Source: Escherichia phage aalborv | Direction: 5' to 3' (one strand) | Length of the DNA stretch: 46,660 nt | Sequence record: NC_049829.1 | Part shown: piece by piece, positions 9,305 to 19,448 of the stretch | How the letters are laid out: the number at the start of each line of letters is the position of its first letter | Numbering within the stretch: the first letter of the stretch is position 1 | The notes under the pieces: generated by a model | The model's input: the letters and a program-made list of their open reading frames with translations, nothing else | Databases searched by the model: none | Told to the model about the DNA's origin: nothing | Program-made: the position numbers and the translations under genes

Positions 9305-9415
9305 ATATGTATTTATATATATTTATCTGTATATATTGCTCTCTATTGTTGTTTACTTTTTGCTCTAAATTTACGCCTCCGCAGATTTGAGAACGCATGA
9401 GAACAAAAAGAACAG

Positions 9416-9465
9416 AATAGCACTTTTTGCTAAACGCCTGCTGTAAGATCGTGTATAGTTGCAAC
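9416..9465 (+). promoter_or_regulatory. motif-type promoter (variant AATAGCACTTTTTGCTAAA) for Cor-like gene
   Basis: Motif 9416..9435; -10 TATAGT 9454..9459 after 21-bp spacer. Confidence 0.5.
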
Positions 9466-9490
9466 CAACAACAACGAAGGAGATACCAAG

Positions 9491-9718
9491 ATGAAAAAAT
9501 TAATCGCCGTTTTGATTGCAGCCGTAACCCTGACTGGTTGCGCAAATATGCCTAAACGTGAATGCACGGCTATTTATGAAAATAGCGGTATGCAGTATTC
9601 AGTTGCTATTTTTGGAGTAAAACGAGTTGGCGACCGCACTCTTGTTAAGGCTGGCTATCCGTTTAATTTTCAGTGGGTAAGTATTGATAACTTTAAAAAC
9701 GCTGATTGCAGTCTGTAA
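9491..9718 (+). CDS. small outer-membrane lipoprotein, Cor-like superinfection exclusion candidate
   Basis: 75 aa; signal peptide plus lipobox LTGC; only plus-strand gene between the exonuclease and tail modules; promoter 9416..9465; terminator 9725..9750. Confidence 0.5.
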   Translation: MKKLIAVLIAAVTLTGCANMPKRECTAIYENSGMQYSVAIFGVKRVGDRTLVKAGYPFNFQWVSIDNFKNADCSL

Positions 9719-9724
9719 ATAAAA

Positions 9725-9750
9725 ATAAAGGGGCGAAAGCCCCTTTTTTC
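9725..9750. terminator. bidirectional intrinsic terminator between convergent Cor-like and tail-fiber-like genes
   Basis: Stem GGGGC-gaaa-GCCCC flanked by A-tract and T-tract. Confidence 0.65.
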
Positions 9751-9751
9751 A

Positions 9752-10390
9752 TTAGTCGTAAATATCAGTCTTGATGGCAATTATTGAGTTTCCGTTATTT
9801 GTTATAGAACCTGTTCCTGGAGTTGTCCTTGCCGCACCTATCCTTGTGCTTGAACCATCATACCTGCATGATGTATATATGTCAGACGCACCCATACCTA
9901 TAACAGCACCAAGCCTTGATGGGCAAACGGCATAAGAACCAGATAATGTCTGATCTATATTAGTTCCCCCTGAAGAACCATGAGCACCAATTGTCACAAG
10001 GTCTGTTAGCACCCTGCTTTCATTAGTTAAAACCAACTTGCCGCTTGCATCCCATATAGCCATTCCATATTTTGGCAGAGTTTGAGGGAATATGGCAAAT
10101 ATATAAACAGTCATTGTAAATGATTGCCCGTATGGATTGCCTCCGTTTACATAAATGTTGCCACCATTCCTGTAAGCTATTAATGCAGTTGGCTGCTGTG
10201 TGTTTGTTGTTTTTATAAATGCCATACATTGATAAGATTGATTTAATGGTATATTTGCGCTTGCGCTATGATAGGCAGAATTGCCAGAAGATGAATAAGT
10301 GTACTTGCCATATAAGCAAAATGGCGTTGATTTTGGTGTGATAAATGGATTCCCATTTGATAAAGATAACATTGCTCCATATTCAGCCAT
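9752..10390 (-). CDS. putative tail fiber / host-range protein (paralog A)
   Basis: Start set at MAEYG (ATG 10390) directly after stop of upstream paralog with GAGGG SD; Gly/Ser/Thr/Asn/Tyr-rich; downstream of J. Confidence 0.4.
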   Translation of the reverse strand: MAEYGAMLSLSNGNPFITPKSTPFCLYGKYTYSSSGNSAYHSASANIPLNQSYQCMAFIKTTNTQQPTALIAYRNGGNIYVNGGNPYGQSFTMTVYIFAIFPQTLPKYGMAIWDASGKLVLTNESRVLTDLVTIGAHGSSGGTNIDQTLSGSYAVCPSRLGAVIGMGASDIYTSCRYDGSSTRIGAARTTPGTGSITNNGNSIIAIKTDIYD

Positions 10391-10391
10391 T

Positions 10392-10697
10392 TTAAGCCCT
10401 CTCAAGAAAAACAACTAACTCGCACTTTGAAGAAGAATACCTATTTGGACCAACTGACGATGTAGGACTAATTCTTATTGTATTTCCAGATGCCACTATT
10501 TCCCTTCCAACTCCTCTAGCGCCTTCATCAAGTGAAACAACATACCCAACCTTAAAACCACTTGGAATGCTAAAGCTCCACGATCCGCTTGTCTGACCAG
10601 CGGCAAGACTGATGACACCAACAACGGAAACTGGCTTAATCCCGTAGTTATTATATTTTCCGTTAGCATCCCACGTTGAAATTCCATACTCAGCCAT
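10392..10697 (-). CDS. putative tail fiber / host-range protein (paralog B)
   Basis: Start set at MAEYG (ATG 10697, GGAGG SD) because track N-terminus overlaps J; shares N-terminal MAEYG..WDA..GK block with paralog A. Confidence 0.4.
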   Translation of the reverse strand: MAEYGISTWDANGKYNNYGIKPVSVVGVISLAAGQTSGSWSFSIPSGFKVGYVVSLDEGARGVGREIVASGNTIRISPTSSVGPNRYSSSKCELVVFLERA

Positions 10698-10706
10698 TAT
10701 TAAACC

Positions 10707-10735
10707 TCCATAAATGCGGGGCAAACGCCCCGCTT
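10707..10735 (-). terminator. hairpin after J-like gene (possible attenuator)
   Basis: Stem GCGGGGC..GCCCCGC followed by ATTTAT on minus strand. Confidence 0.4.
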
Positions 10736-10740
10736 TGATT

Positions 10741-13700
10741 TTACCACGTACCAGTAAGCCTACCAATCTGAACACGCAAGCGCCCGTTTGCGTCTCGTAC
10801 ACTTATCGTTTCGTTTGTCAACTTCATGGCCCCTTCTCCAGGAGTAGAGCCATAATTTTCAAACGTGCCGTTTTTATCCAGCCTCCATCCTGTTTGATTC
10901 CAAACGTAATTGTTTGATTGGATGAAGTTACCGATCATCGCATTGGTGATTGAACCATTTTTCACTAACAGGCTGTTAATGAAAACTTGGTTGTTTTCGA
11001 CCACAAAAGGCAATGTATACGACCCTCCGGTAGAACTCGTCATGATCGCAAATCTTCCAGCATCAAAAAGGATTTGTGAAATCAACCCTTGAGCGCTGTT
11101 TGATAGCTGCATGACCATTCCGGCGCTGTACTTCTGCCCGTTGTATGTCAATCCAAGTTTCATTGCGTACTGTGCGCCAACTCCATTAACGCCAGCCCAT
11201 GAATCAAGTTTTTCAGTAAGCGCCGATTCAACATCTCCAAACTTCGCTGTTAGTGCTGTATCAGCCGAAACGCGCGCCTCTGTTTCGCTTGCAATCGCCT
11301 CCTCAACTCTCGTTAATTGCCCCTGAATATCATCACCAATCTGTGATTTCAATTTCTCAATGGCTGTGGCTCGCGTTTCCGATTCTGTTGCAATTGCCTG
11401 ATCAAGTCTCGTTACTTCGCTAGTTATCTCCTCGTTAAATTCAGCCTTTAGTTGCGTCATTGCGGTAACGCGCGCTTCCGTTTCATTTGCGATCAATTGG
11501 ATTGATTGTCTAAACTCGGCTTTGCGTTTTCCGTTCTCCTTCCTCATAATCCTAACGTCTGTATCATTCGCCAATGCGTTTTGAATGATGCTTTGTGCCT
11601 GATCCTTGATTTTGTTTGCGCTATCAATGGCGTTCTCTTTCAGATCCTTTCCTGCTTCGGTATCAAAAATCTTATCAAGAATATCTCCTAAAACAGCCTC
11701 AACATCATCTGAAGCCATGCCTCTAACAAAATCAGTCCAGCCGGAAACGTTGCCGATTCTGTCAACACTTCGGATTCTATACCATACAACATGACCAGCC
11801 GGAAGCGTACCGTGCCAGTATTCATATTGTGGATATGGGATCAGCGTTAACAGGCTTGAGTTTTCAGCCGTTCCATCAGGCGACTGATGAAGCTCAATGT
11901 ATGCCGTGTCTCCGCTCCCTTCTGGCATCCCCCACTTAACACGAATGCCAAACACCTCATTGTCTGATGCAGTTAAGTTAACTGGCGCGCCTGGCTCTCC
12001 TACCTTACCAGTCAGTGAAGCTGTCACAATTCTGGACCACGGCGACGTAGAACCGGAAGCAGAAACAGATCTTACCCTTACCTGGTAGTTTCCTGAATAA
12101 ATACCTTCAACCTCAATTTCTTTGTTTGCAGTCTGTGGTGTATTCAGCCAGTTGCCATCACCTTTTCGCCACTGCATTTCATACAGCGATGCGTAAGGTA
12201 CTTTATCCCACGACACAACCATTGTTTCAACGCTTGCACCCTGGACAATTCGCGAGTAGGAGGATATTTGCACATTTTCAGGCGCTGCCATTGTGTCAGG
12301 CTGGACAATTGAAGTTGGCCTGTCGTCAATGTTTACTCCATAATCAATCTCGTCGTATTTGTTCGGGTCATATTCAACAGCTGTGATGGAGTATGTAAAT
12401 TCATCATCATCATCACCTTTGCCGATACTCGTTACAACGTATTGCTGCAATGCAATATCAGTGCGGTCGATTGCAAAAACCGTGTCCGGTTTAACTTCAA
12501 ATCCAAACCCAATGTTTAACTCAATGGTTTTTCCGTCACCGCTTACCTTTGAGATTGTGCGCTTAACTGGCTTTCCGTCAGGCTTGTTGATGATAATGAA
12601 ATCACCTGGTCGCGCGTCAATCTTAAACGGAGCGAACACCTGCAAGCCGGAAACTTCCATCACGCGACCTGATAGGTTTAATTTAAGGTTGCTGCTGTGA
12701 AAATTGTCAGAAATAGCAATCACATCACCTATTGATGGGATCATGCCTTCCAGTCCAGTAGCAAAGTTTACCGTAGTGCTGCGCAAGTTGGTTTTTAGTA
12801 TCCATCGACCGCGCCGATTAGCCTCACTCCTGCGTGTACATCCGATAGCTGTTATGCTTGTTGGATTGTATCCAAATCGCAATGCTGCCTCGGTGTCGAA
12901 TACGCCCTCAACGTCCTGTTGATACATGTTTTGTTCGTCGTCGAACGTCACGTTGCACTGCGTGTACATGCTCTTTTCGCTTGCTGTTGTGTACTGAAAA
13001 TCACCATCAACAACGTTGTCATTGGTGAAGATGTACGACGGATCGCGCGGCTTATCAATGACGATTGACAAGCTCTCGCCATTCCAAAAGCTCATGCCTC
13101 GGAAGATTGAGCAAATATCACGAATAAGCTGATAAGCCTCAATCTGACTCTGGATAACAACATCACATAGATAGCGTGGCTCTGTGCCTCCTTTTCCGTC
13201 AGGCACTTTCTGATCGCAGTATTGCGCCGCTTCGTAAAGACTCCATTTGTCAACATGCACACCAAGTTCTCTCTGATCTAATCCGTATCGCTGGTTTGTG
13301 ATAATGTCATAAAGTACCCACGCCGGATTGTTCGACCACGCTTTCTTGAATGTACCATCCCATGAACCGTGATACTCTCGCATTACCGTATCGTAATTGC
13401 TCGGAACATTAATCAACTTCCATTTCTTCTTGATTGAAATGTTAGGGATCTGGTTAGGGAACAACTCACTGTCAAATTCAACGTATACAAGACCAGTCAG
13501 AGGATAACGGAATTTTGCATCAATAACCTCAGCGTAACTTTGTAGCTTAATCAGATCAGTAACACGAGAAGATGTGCTGTCTGCCGTAACCCTTCTAACC
13601 CTAAGTAGTACGCGATCATTAAATGCCGGAAGGTCAATCCTCCGGCTTCTGTCGTAACCGGAACGCGTTTTACCTTCGATAGTGTCTAGCAATACCTCTT

Positions 13701-14166
13701 TGTAAGAGTCTCCGTCAACAGCCATATCAACAGCATAAGTAACCTTAACGCCGACAAGATCGCCGTTATCCTCTTGTCTAATGCCTGTTGGCATTAGCAT
13801 TTTGATTCTGATAGCCGATAATGTTTTGTTGGTTACAGAAATTACATAAGGATTTGATGTAGTAATGTCACGCGCCAGCGTCACTTCGCTTGATGTGTCA
13901 GTAAACCCCTGGATGTAATCTTGCGTCTGCGTTCCAGGTCGAAATTCAGCTTTCACACCCTGGTAGTTAACAGTTCCGTCGTCTGCAATTACCGGAACAT
14001 CATCAAGATACAGATCGCGAAGTGTAAAATCTGGATCGCACTCGCCATCGGAAACGGCAAGAAGGATTTTGATTTTGTTGATTGAGATCAGGTTATCTTC
14101 CATCTCTTTCGGAACATAAGGTTTTGATGATCCGCCCTTACTGCCCGTTATCATATTTTCAGTCAT
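10741..14166 (-). CDS. tail tip / host specificity protein (lambda J-like central tail fiber)
   Basis: 1141 aa, largest ORF after tape measure; position after I-K-L-M homologs; AAGGTG SD; sigma70-like promoter 14194..14228. Confidence 0.8.
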   Translation of the reverse strand: MTENMITGSKGGSSKPYVPKEMEDNLISINKIKILLAVSDGECDPDFTLRDLYLDDVPVIADDGTVNYQGVKAEFRPGTQTQDYIQGFTDTSSEVTLARDITTSNPYVISVTNKTLSAIRIKMLMPTGIRQEDNGDLVGVKVTYAVDMAVDGDSYKEVLLDTIEGKTRSGYDRSRRIDLPAFNDRVLLRVRRVTADSTSSRVTDLIKLQSYAEVIDAKFRYPLTGLVYVEFDSELFPNQIPNISIKKKWKLINVPSNYDTVMREYHGSWDGTFKKAWSNNPAWVLYDIITNQRYGLDQRELGVHVDKWSLYEAAQYCDQKVPDGKGGTEPRYLCDVVIQSQIEAYQLIRDICSIFRGMSFWNGESLSIVIDKPRDPSYIFTNDNVVDGDFQYTTASEKSMYTQCNVTFDDEQNMYQQDVEGVFDTEAALRFGYNPTSITAIGCTRRSEANRRGRWILKTNLRSTTVNFATGLEGMIPSIGDVIAISDNFHSSNLKLNLSGRVMEVSGLQVFAPFKIDARPGDFIIINKPDGKPVKRTISKVSGDGKTIELNIGFGFEVKPDTVFAIDRTDIALQQYVVTSIGKGDDDDEFTYSITAVEYDPNKYDEIDYGVNIDDRPTSIVQPDTMAAPENVQISSYSRIVQGASVETMVVSWDKVPYASLYEMQWRKGDGNWLNTPQTANKEIEVEGIYSGNYQVRVRSVSASGSTSPWSRIVTASLTGKVGEPGAPVNLTASDNEVFGIRVKWGMPEGSGDTAYIELHQSPDGTAENSSLLTLIPYPQYEYWHGTLPAGHVVWYRIRSVDRIGNVSGWTDFVRGMASDDVEAVLGDILDKIFDTEAGKDLKENAIDSANKIKDQAQSIIQNALANDTDVRIMRKENGKRKAEFRQSIQLIANETEARVTAMTQLKAEFNEEITSEVTRLDQAIATESETRATAIEKLKSQIGDDIQGQLTRVEEAIASETEARVSADTALTAKFGDVESALTEKLDSWAGVNGVGAQYAMKLGLTYNGQKYSAGMVMQLSNSAQGLISQILFDAGRFAIMTSSTGGSYTLPFVVENNQVFINSLLVKNGSITNAMIGNFIQSNNYVWNQTGWRLDKNGTFENYGSTPGEGAMKLTNETISVRDANGRLRVQIGRLTGTW

Positions 14167-14193
14167 ACTTTTTCACCTTTTGTGCTATTTGAT

Positions 14194-14228
14194 TTGTTGA
14201 ATTATACGGGCAAAAAAAAAGCCGCGCA
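14194..14228 (-). promoter_or_regulatory. sigma70-like promoter TTGCGC-17-TATAAT upstream of J-like gene
   Basis: -35 at 14223..14228 (within terminator stem), -10 at 14200..14205; partial AAATAGCAC element in 5'UTR (14181..14189). Confidence 0.45.
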
Positions 14229-14236
14229 ACGCGCGA
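14208..14236 (-). terminator. intrinsic terminator after I-like gene
   Basis: GC-rich stem followed by 9 T on minus strand. Confidence 0.6.
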
Positions 14237-14246
14237 CTCTTTTATA

Positions 14247-14843
14247 TTAAGCCTTATCCTCTGCATAGCTTCCAGCCGACCAGATAGCACCGCCAACGGT
14301 CCTCTGACCATATGGCAATGGTATTGGGTATCCTGCCGCCGTTGTGTTAACAGCGCCACCGAAAGCGTAAGACGGCTTATTCTCTGCTGATTGGGATGAT
14401 AACCGCGAACCTCCTTGCTGTGGTGAAATCATCTGCATTACGCCACCCAGCACCATAGCGCCACCCATCATAAAAGCAGACGATGCAAAAGCACCCATCA
14501 ACGCAAGTGAAGCGCCGCCAGTGAAAAATGCAGTCGCCATAATAACCGCGCCAAGAACAACCTGAAACAACCCGCCAGACTTTGACCCTGTTGGGATTGG
14601 AATAATCCTCACTTCCTTTGCGCATTGCCACGCTTTTTCATCGTGCTGTCCTACATTATTACCGTCAACAAATACAGCATAACGCATTCGCGATCCTACT
14701 TCGCTTTGCATGTATTCCTTGAATCCTTCCACCTGCGAAGATAGCGCACGGATTGCTTCAGGGTATGAGTCAACAGCCATCTTATGAAATACACCAAATC
14801 TTCGCCCTAAAGATCCAGATAATTTAATCACCTTCAAAGTCAT
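14247..14843 (-). CDS. tail assembly protein (lambda I-like)
   Basis: 198 aa; Gly/Ala-rich hydrophobic C-terminal half; synteny between K-like and J-like genes. Confidence 0.65.
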   Translation of the reverse strand: MTLKVIKLSGSLGRRFGVFHKMAVDSYPEAIRALSSQVEGFKEYMQSEVGSRMRYAVFVDGNNVGQHDEKAWQCAKEVRIIPIPTGSKSGGLFQVVLGAVIMATAFFTGGASLALMGAFASSAFMMGGAMVLGGVMQMISPQQGGSRLSSQSAENKPSYAFGGAVNTTAAGYPIPLPYGQRTVGGAIWSAGSYAEDKA

Positions 14844-15558
14844 ATTTCAGATCCTTATGTCTACAAACCATTTTTACATGTTCCTGATACCATCCAGAAT
14901 ACAAATCAACCCTCGACAACTTACCAAAGGCATGATGAAGCAACTGATTGTTGCCAAGATAAATGCCTGCATGATTCCAAACTGGCGCGGAAAGCTGAAA
15001 GATAACCATATCACCAGGTTTTGGCGGCTCTCCTGTTTCAACAAAACCCTCTTTCAGATAATTTTCTTGATAAAGATTTTCACCGTGCTCAGGCTTCCAC
15101 CATTCATATGGTTTCCTGAAATCATTCAGGATAACCCCATGTTGCTTGTGCCATGCCATAATAAGACCCCAGCAATCATAAGAACCAAGCGACCACGGGC
15201 GACCAATCAGGGGACGAGATTCAGGCTCTATGATTCTCATGTCACCTTCTGGCCATGACAAAATAACCCATGAAACACCCATTTCATCACACATGCATGT
15301 ATCATGGGCGCTTGGAATTGTACTTGCCCCGTCTCCTGTGTGGCTATGCACAACAGCAATAAGCTCACCACTTTCACAAGCCTCAACGTATTCAATTGCG
15401 TCCATCTCAAAATGATTTTCAGGATCATTATGCACGTTGTTTATGCGGTGGTATTTTTGCGCGCGTGATTTTTGAGTGATAACACCGCACGCCTCTCGCG
15501 GGTATTCATCTTTTACGTGCTGCATTATTTCAAGTTTTATTTTTGCACTAATCATCAC
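14824..15558 (-). CDS. tail assembly protein (lambda K-like; MPN/JAMM plus NlpC/P60-like)
   Basis: JAMM-like motif HSHTGDGASTIPSAHD; Cys/His-containing C-terminal peptidase-like region; synteny. Confidence 0.75.
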   Translation of the reverse strand: MMISAKIKLEIMQHVKDEYPREACGVITQKSRAQKYHRINNVHNDPENHFEMDAIEYVEACESGELIAVVHSHTGDGASTIPSAHDTCMCDEMGVSWVILSWPEGDMRIIEPESRPLIGRPWSLGSYDCWGLIMAWHKQHGVILNDFRKPYEWWKPEHGENLYQENYLKEGFVETGEPPKPGDMVIFQLSAPVWNHAGIYLGNNQLLHHAFGKLSRVDLYSGWYQEHVKMVCRHKDLKYDFEGD

Positions 15559-16349
15559 TGATTTCTCCTTAACAGGCTTGCTACTGGTGCACCGCCAAAA
15601 TCAAGCTGCTGATCTGCACCAAACCGAAGTTTACACGCGGTTACAGTTCCGGCGCAAAAGTCTTGAGATGGATCGGTTACAGGATTGTTGTCTTTGTCAA
15701 ACATTCGCGATCCATTGTATCCGCAACCTTTTCCGCTTCGATACCATCCACGCTGCGCCCAATAACAAACGCTTTGAGTTATTCGAGGAGGAATCATTAT
15801 TCCATCCATATCATAAGGCGATGTCAGATCAAATTTTGCCATCATCCTATTGTAGTGGCTTGGGCGCTCAATGTAGTAAACCAGCTTTCTTGAAGCTCCA
15901 TCTTTAATGCTGCCATCTTTCCCCATTAATTCCGCTGGCGTAATCCAGATTGTAACCTTAGCTTGCATCATGCCGTTAAAGTTGCGAATCATCGCGCTCA
16001 CCTGGCTATCAAGGTTTGATAGTATCAATTGTGGCTTATCAGCCTTTCCGTTGCTTGTGAAGTTGATTCCAGATATTCCGAACGGGCGCGCGCCGTAAAC
16101 CTCACCACGGAATGTAATCTCTTTCGGCGGAAGAACTCCAGTTTCTCGCGCCTGCAATAATTCTTCCGCAGTGTATGAGATGTTCTCATTGTGTATGCGG
16201 TAAATGTTTGCGCCAAACTTTGTGCCGTCAATTTCAATTAGCGTGATAATCTCGCCAGGGTAAAGGCTTTGCAGACAATTTTCAAGATCCGCGCGACCTG
16301 TTGTTTCATTAGCCATAATTGCACCTCCTTTCGTGCATTGTATCATCAA
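15555..16349 (-). CDS. minor tail protein (lambda L-like)
   Basis: 264 aa; synteny between M-like and K-like genes; start overlaps K-like stop. Confidence 0.65.
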   Translation of the reverse strand: MMIQCTKGGAIMANETTGRADLENCLQSLYPGEIITLIEIDGTKFGANIYRIHNENISYTAEELLQARETGVLPPKEITFRGEVYGARPFGISGINFTSNGKADKPQLILSNLDSQVSAMIRNFNGMMQAKVTIWITPAELMGKDGSIKDGASRKLVYYIERPSHYNRMMAKFDLTSPYDMDGIMIPPRITQSVCYWAQRGWYRSGKGCGYNGSRMFDKDNNPVTDPSQDFCAGTVTACKLRFGADQQLDFGGAPVASLLRRNQ

Positions 16350-16376
16350 TAAAAAAGCCGCACAAAGGCGGCTTGA
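16350..16376 (-). terminator. intrinsic terminator between M-like and L-like genes
   Basis: Stem AAGCCGC..GCGGCTT followed by TTTTTT on minus strand. Confidence 0.6.
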
Positions 16377-16377
16377 A

Positions 16378-16734
16378 TTATTGCATTGATGTAAATTGCT
16401 CAGTAAATGTTGCTTTCACTTCCTGAACGGTTGCTGATATTGGAGTTAATCCAACGCTACCAGATTTTATCCTGAATAGACCAGGTTGACCGTCAGGCAT
16501 AAACCATAAAAACGGCTTCAGCCTGTGTCCATTCAGAAAGTCAACAACGTCTCTGTAATCCTTGCCAACATAGACAATGGAAAACTCCCTGCGTACCGTG
16601 TTAAACCCTCCTGAAGCAACCTGCGTGTAACCATTACCAAATGAGATTTCCCTGTCGTTATTTGATGTGGTCATAGTGCCGCCGCCTCCTTGCGTTTGCG
16701 TGCACCATTTGAATTGCTCAAGTTTCACTATCAC
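16378..16734 (-). CDS. minor tail protein (lambda M-like)
   Basis: 118 aa; immediately downstream of tape measure with 4-nt overlap. Confidence 0.6.
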   Translation of the reverse strand: MIVKLEQFKWCTQTQGGGGTMTTSNNDREISFGNGYTQVASGGFNTVRREFSIVYVGKDYRDVVDFLNGHRLKPFLWFMPDGQPGLFRIKSGSVGLTPISATVQEVKATFTEQFTSMQ

Positions 16735-19403
16735 CCCCGCTTAGACATAACAAATTCGTAAACTTCCCCACCCTGCGTACAGGAACGCTTAATCATATCA
16801 GTGAAAATCATTTTTACGCCAGTCTCTAACCCCTTCGGATCGTTTCCGTTGTTAATATCAACGCTAATCCCACCAATATTAAGGTTTGTTGCTCCTGATG
16901 AAACGCCGCCGCCAGTGTATGAAGTTCCGCCAACAACGCCGCCATTTGCATAACCGCGCATCATTTTGTAAAGGTTTCCAACTCCGATCCGCTTCGTGGC
17001 CTCCTTCGTCATGACAAACTCGCCTTTATGGACAACACCTGCTGGCTCATACTTCCCGCCGTCGCCAGTGTATCCACCAGTTGCAAATCCAACATTCTTA
17101 AGAAGGCTTCCAATCGTCCAAGTGTCACCGCCAATCGCACCAGATATGGCATTAAAGATAACCATCTTCGTGATCATCTGGATAATCATTTGGATGATTG
17201 ACGTTGCGAAGCTCTTAAAGTTTGCCTTGCCTGTTGCAAGGAATGTAGCCATTTGGTTGGTTAGACCGTTGAGCGCCTGGCTTGCAATATCTTGCACGTT
17301 TCCGTACATATCCATTGCATCTTGTCCGTAAACCTCCCATGCGTTTTTTGCTCCTGCAATCCAGTTATTTCTTAGCTGATCCTCAGTGGCGTAATACTCT
17401 TTCAGCTTTGCTTCCATCTGCTGATAAATTTCATCGTCGATACTACCTCCGCCAGCAACATAATCAGTTCGCAACTTCTTCAACTCAAGCTCTCGCTGGA
17501 TTTGCAGATCTGTAGCTCCAGACTGTCGCAAGTTCATAGCGTCAATAGCATCTGATGTTTGCTGAATGAATTTAAGACCTTCCTGGTATTGCTTATTCTT
17601 TCTCTGTTGCAAAACAATCTGATCGCCTATCTCGGCCTTTTCTTTTGCCATAGCAATAACTGCTTTTTGCTCGTTTAGTAACGCCTGTTCCGCTTTTGTC
17701 AGCTTACGTTTGCTTTGCGCTTCCTCCAGGATCTGGATCTGCTTTTCAATGCTCCACAAAGATTGTCGCTGGCGTGAAATAACATCATTTACAGTCCTGT
17801 GCTCTTTTAGTGTTTCAAGTTGCGCTTTGAGAACATATAGCTCCTTATCAAGCTGCTCTGTTGGCGCTTTTACAACTCCACCAACTTTTTCCTTTTGCTG
17901 CTGCGCCTTCTTCGCCTCTTCAAGCTCTTTTCGCCTGAACTCCACGTTCTCAGCCGCTCGTTTTTTCAACTCTTCGTCTGCTGTCCTTGCTACGTTCTTC
18001 TGATCCTCTATGGCTTTGTTTAAAGCCTCTTGCGCCGCTCGAACTCTGTTTAAGGAAAGGTTTTCTCTGTCGATTCGTGCTGCTCGTTCAGCCATATCCT
18101 TATTCGCATCTTTTACGATCTTTCCTATATCCTCATAGGTGTTCTTCGCAAATTGCAGCATTGGATTCACATAAGCAAGCTCTTTCCCCAACAGCCCGCC
18201 GGACGGTGAAACATAATCACGTTTTGCTTTTAAGACCGCATACCATGAATCGCCAAGCTCAAGAACCTTGTTTTTGTGATCAGCAATTTTATTGTTAAGA
18301 CTTACAAAACTTGATGCGTTTTTGTATTCGTTTACTTTTGCCTTTGCTTCGTCATAGGTAAATCCAACATCGACGAGTTTTTGTATAGCCTCGGTTGCTC
18401 CATCCTTAGTGCTTATGTATGCCTTTGCCAGATTGTCGGCGCTCTCACCTGTCTTGTCAGATAGCGCCTGGATTCCAGTTGCAATCCGCTCCGCAAAATC
18501 ACCAGAAAGACCAGTTGCCTCTTGAACGGTTTTTGTGATCTCCTTCAGTTGCGCATTTGCTTTGTATGCATTATACGCAGCATAACCAAGCGCACCAGTC
18601 AGCGCCGTCATTCCTACACTTAAAGGCGTGACAAATGTCATTAGCGCTTTAAACGTATTAGCAACACCGCCGAATGAGTCCTTGATTTGCCCCCCCTGCT
18701 GGATTGCGATCATCCATACTGGCATACCTGAAGCAAGAGAAGTAACAACGTCAGTGATCTGCATTGGCAATTGCGCCATTGCTTGCTTGTACTGCCCCAT
18801 AGAAACGCCAAGTTTTGAGGCTTGTTTTTCCTGCTCCTTCATTTTTGCAATAAATGGCGCGGCCTCTGCACTAACTCCAAGTTGTGCGGCTCTCATTTCT
18901 ACAAGCTCTGATTTTGTTTTTTCCGCTGCGTCAGCTTGCGCCTGCAATGCCGCAATGAACTTTCTTGCCTCAGCCTCTGCTCTTGCCTTATTTTTTGCTT
19001 CCTCAAGCGCTGCTCGGCCTTCTTCAGTTAGTGCCTTTTTAGTTGCGATCAGTTTATTTTGCTGCGTCTCAAGAATTGATCCTAACTCAAAGAATGTATC
19101 ATCCGGCACAATTCCTTTTTTCCAAAGCGCATCAAGCTGTGTCGCAGCTTGGCGCAACTTATCCATTTTGCTTGCTGTCGGATCTATTGCCGACTGAATT
19201 GCTTTAAATTCTTGCTTCTGCTTTGCCAATTCCTCAGCCAGTTGTTTGGCTCTTTGTCTTGCAACAACCTCTGAATCAACAAAACTCTCAACGCTTCCCT
19301 TTGCGTCGTCGTTTGCCTTCTTGAATTGCTGTAAAGAATTTACAGCATTGTTGAGTTGAGAAACGTCAACCCCAAGCGTCAAGCCTGCGTATTGTTCTGA
19401 CAT
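16731..19403 (-). CDS. tail tape measure protein
   Basis: 890 aa; long coiled-coil-rich N-terminal two thirds, Gly-rich C-terminus; position after G/GT chaperone. Confidence 0.85.
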   Translation of the reverse strand: MSEQYAGLTLGVDVSQLNNAVNSLQQFKKANDDAKGSVESFVDSEVVARQRAKQLAEELAKQKQEFKAIQSAIDPTASKMDKLRQAATQLDALWKKGIVPDDTFFELGSILETQQNKLIATKKALTEEGRAALEEAKNKARAEAEARKFIAALQAQADAAEKTKSELVEMRAAQLGVSAEAAPFIAKMKEQEKQASKLGVSMGQYKQAMAQLPMQITDVVTSLASGMPVWMIAIQQGGQIKDSFGGVANTFKALMTFVTPLSVGMTALTGALGYAAYNAYKANAQLKEITKTVQEATGLSGDFAERIATGIQALSDKTGESADNLAKAYISTKDGATEAIQKLVDVGFTYDEAKAKVNEYKNASSFVSLNNKIADHKNKVLELGDSWYAVLKAKRDYVSPSGGLLGKELAYVNPMLQFAKNTYEDIGKIVKDANKDMAERAARIDRENLSLNRVRAAQEALNKAIEDQKNVARTADEELKKRAAENVEFRRKELEEAKKAQQQKEKVGGVVKAPTEQLDKELYVLKAQLETLKEHRTVNDVISRQRQSLWSIEKQIQILEEAQSKRKLTKAEQALLNEQKAVIAMAKEKAEIGDQIVLQQRKNKQYQEGLKFIQQTSDAIDAMNLRQSGATDLQIQRELELKKLRTDYVAGGGSIDDEIYQQMEAKLKEYYATEDQLRNNWIAGAKNAWEVYGQDAMDMYGNVQDIASQALNGLTNQMATFLATGKANFKSFATSIIQMIIQMITKMVIFNAISGAIGGDTWTIGSLLKNVGFATGGYTGDGGKYEPAGVVHKGEFVMTKEATKRIGVGNLYKMMRGYANGGVVGGTSYTGGGVSSGATNLNIGGISVDINNGNDPKGLETGVKMIFTDMIKRSCTQGGEVYEFVMSKRG

Positions 19404-19421
19404 TATTAATCCTCCAGGTAA

Positions 19422-19448
19422 TAAAAAAGCGCCCGTAGGCGCTTATTT
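19422..19448 (-). terminator. intrinsic terminator between GT chaperone and tape measure gene
   Basis: Stem AAGCGCC..GGCGCTT followed by TTTTTT on minus strand. Confidence 0.6.

Noticed and set aside
17710-19197. Plus-strand ORFs inside the tape measure gene (17710..18003, 17987..18298, 18628..19197) and similar antisense ORFs inside J, terminase, helicase and portal genes
   Set aside because: They are fully embedded antisense to long, well-supported genes, have low-complexity Ser/Cys/Phe-rich translations, and lack SD and promoters.
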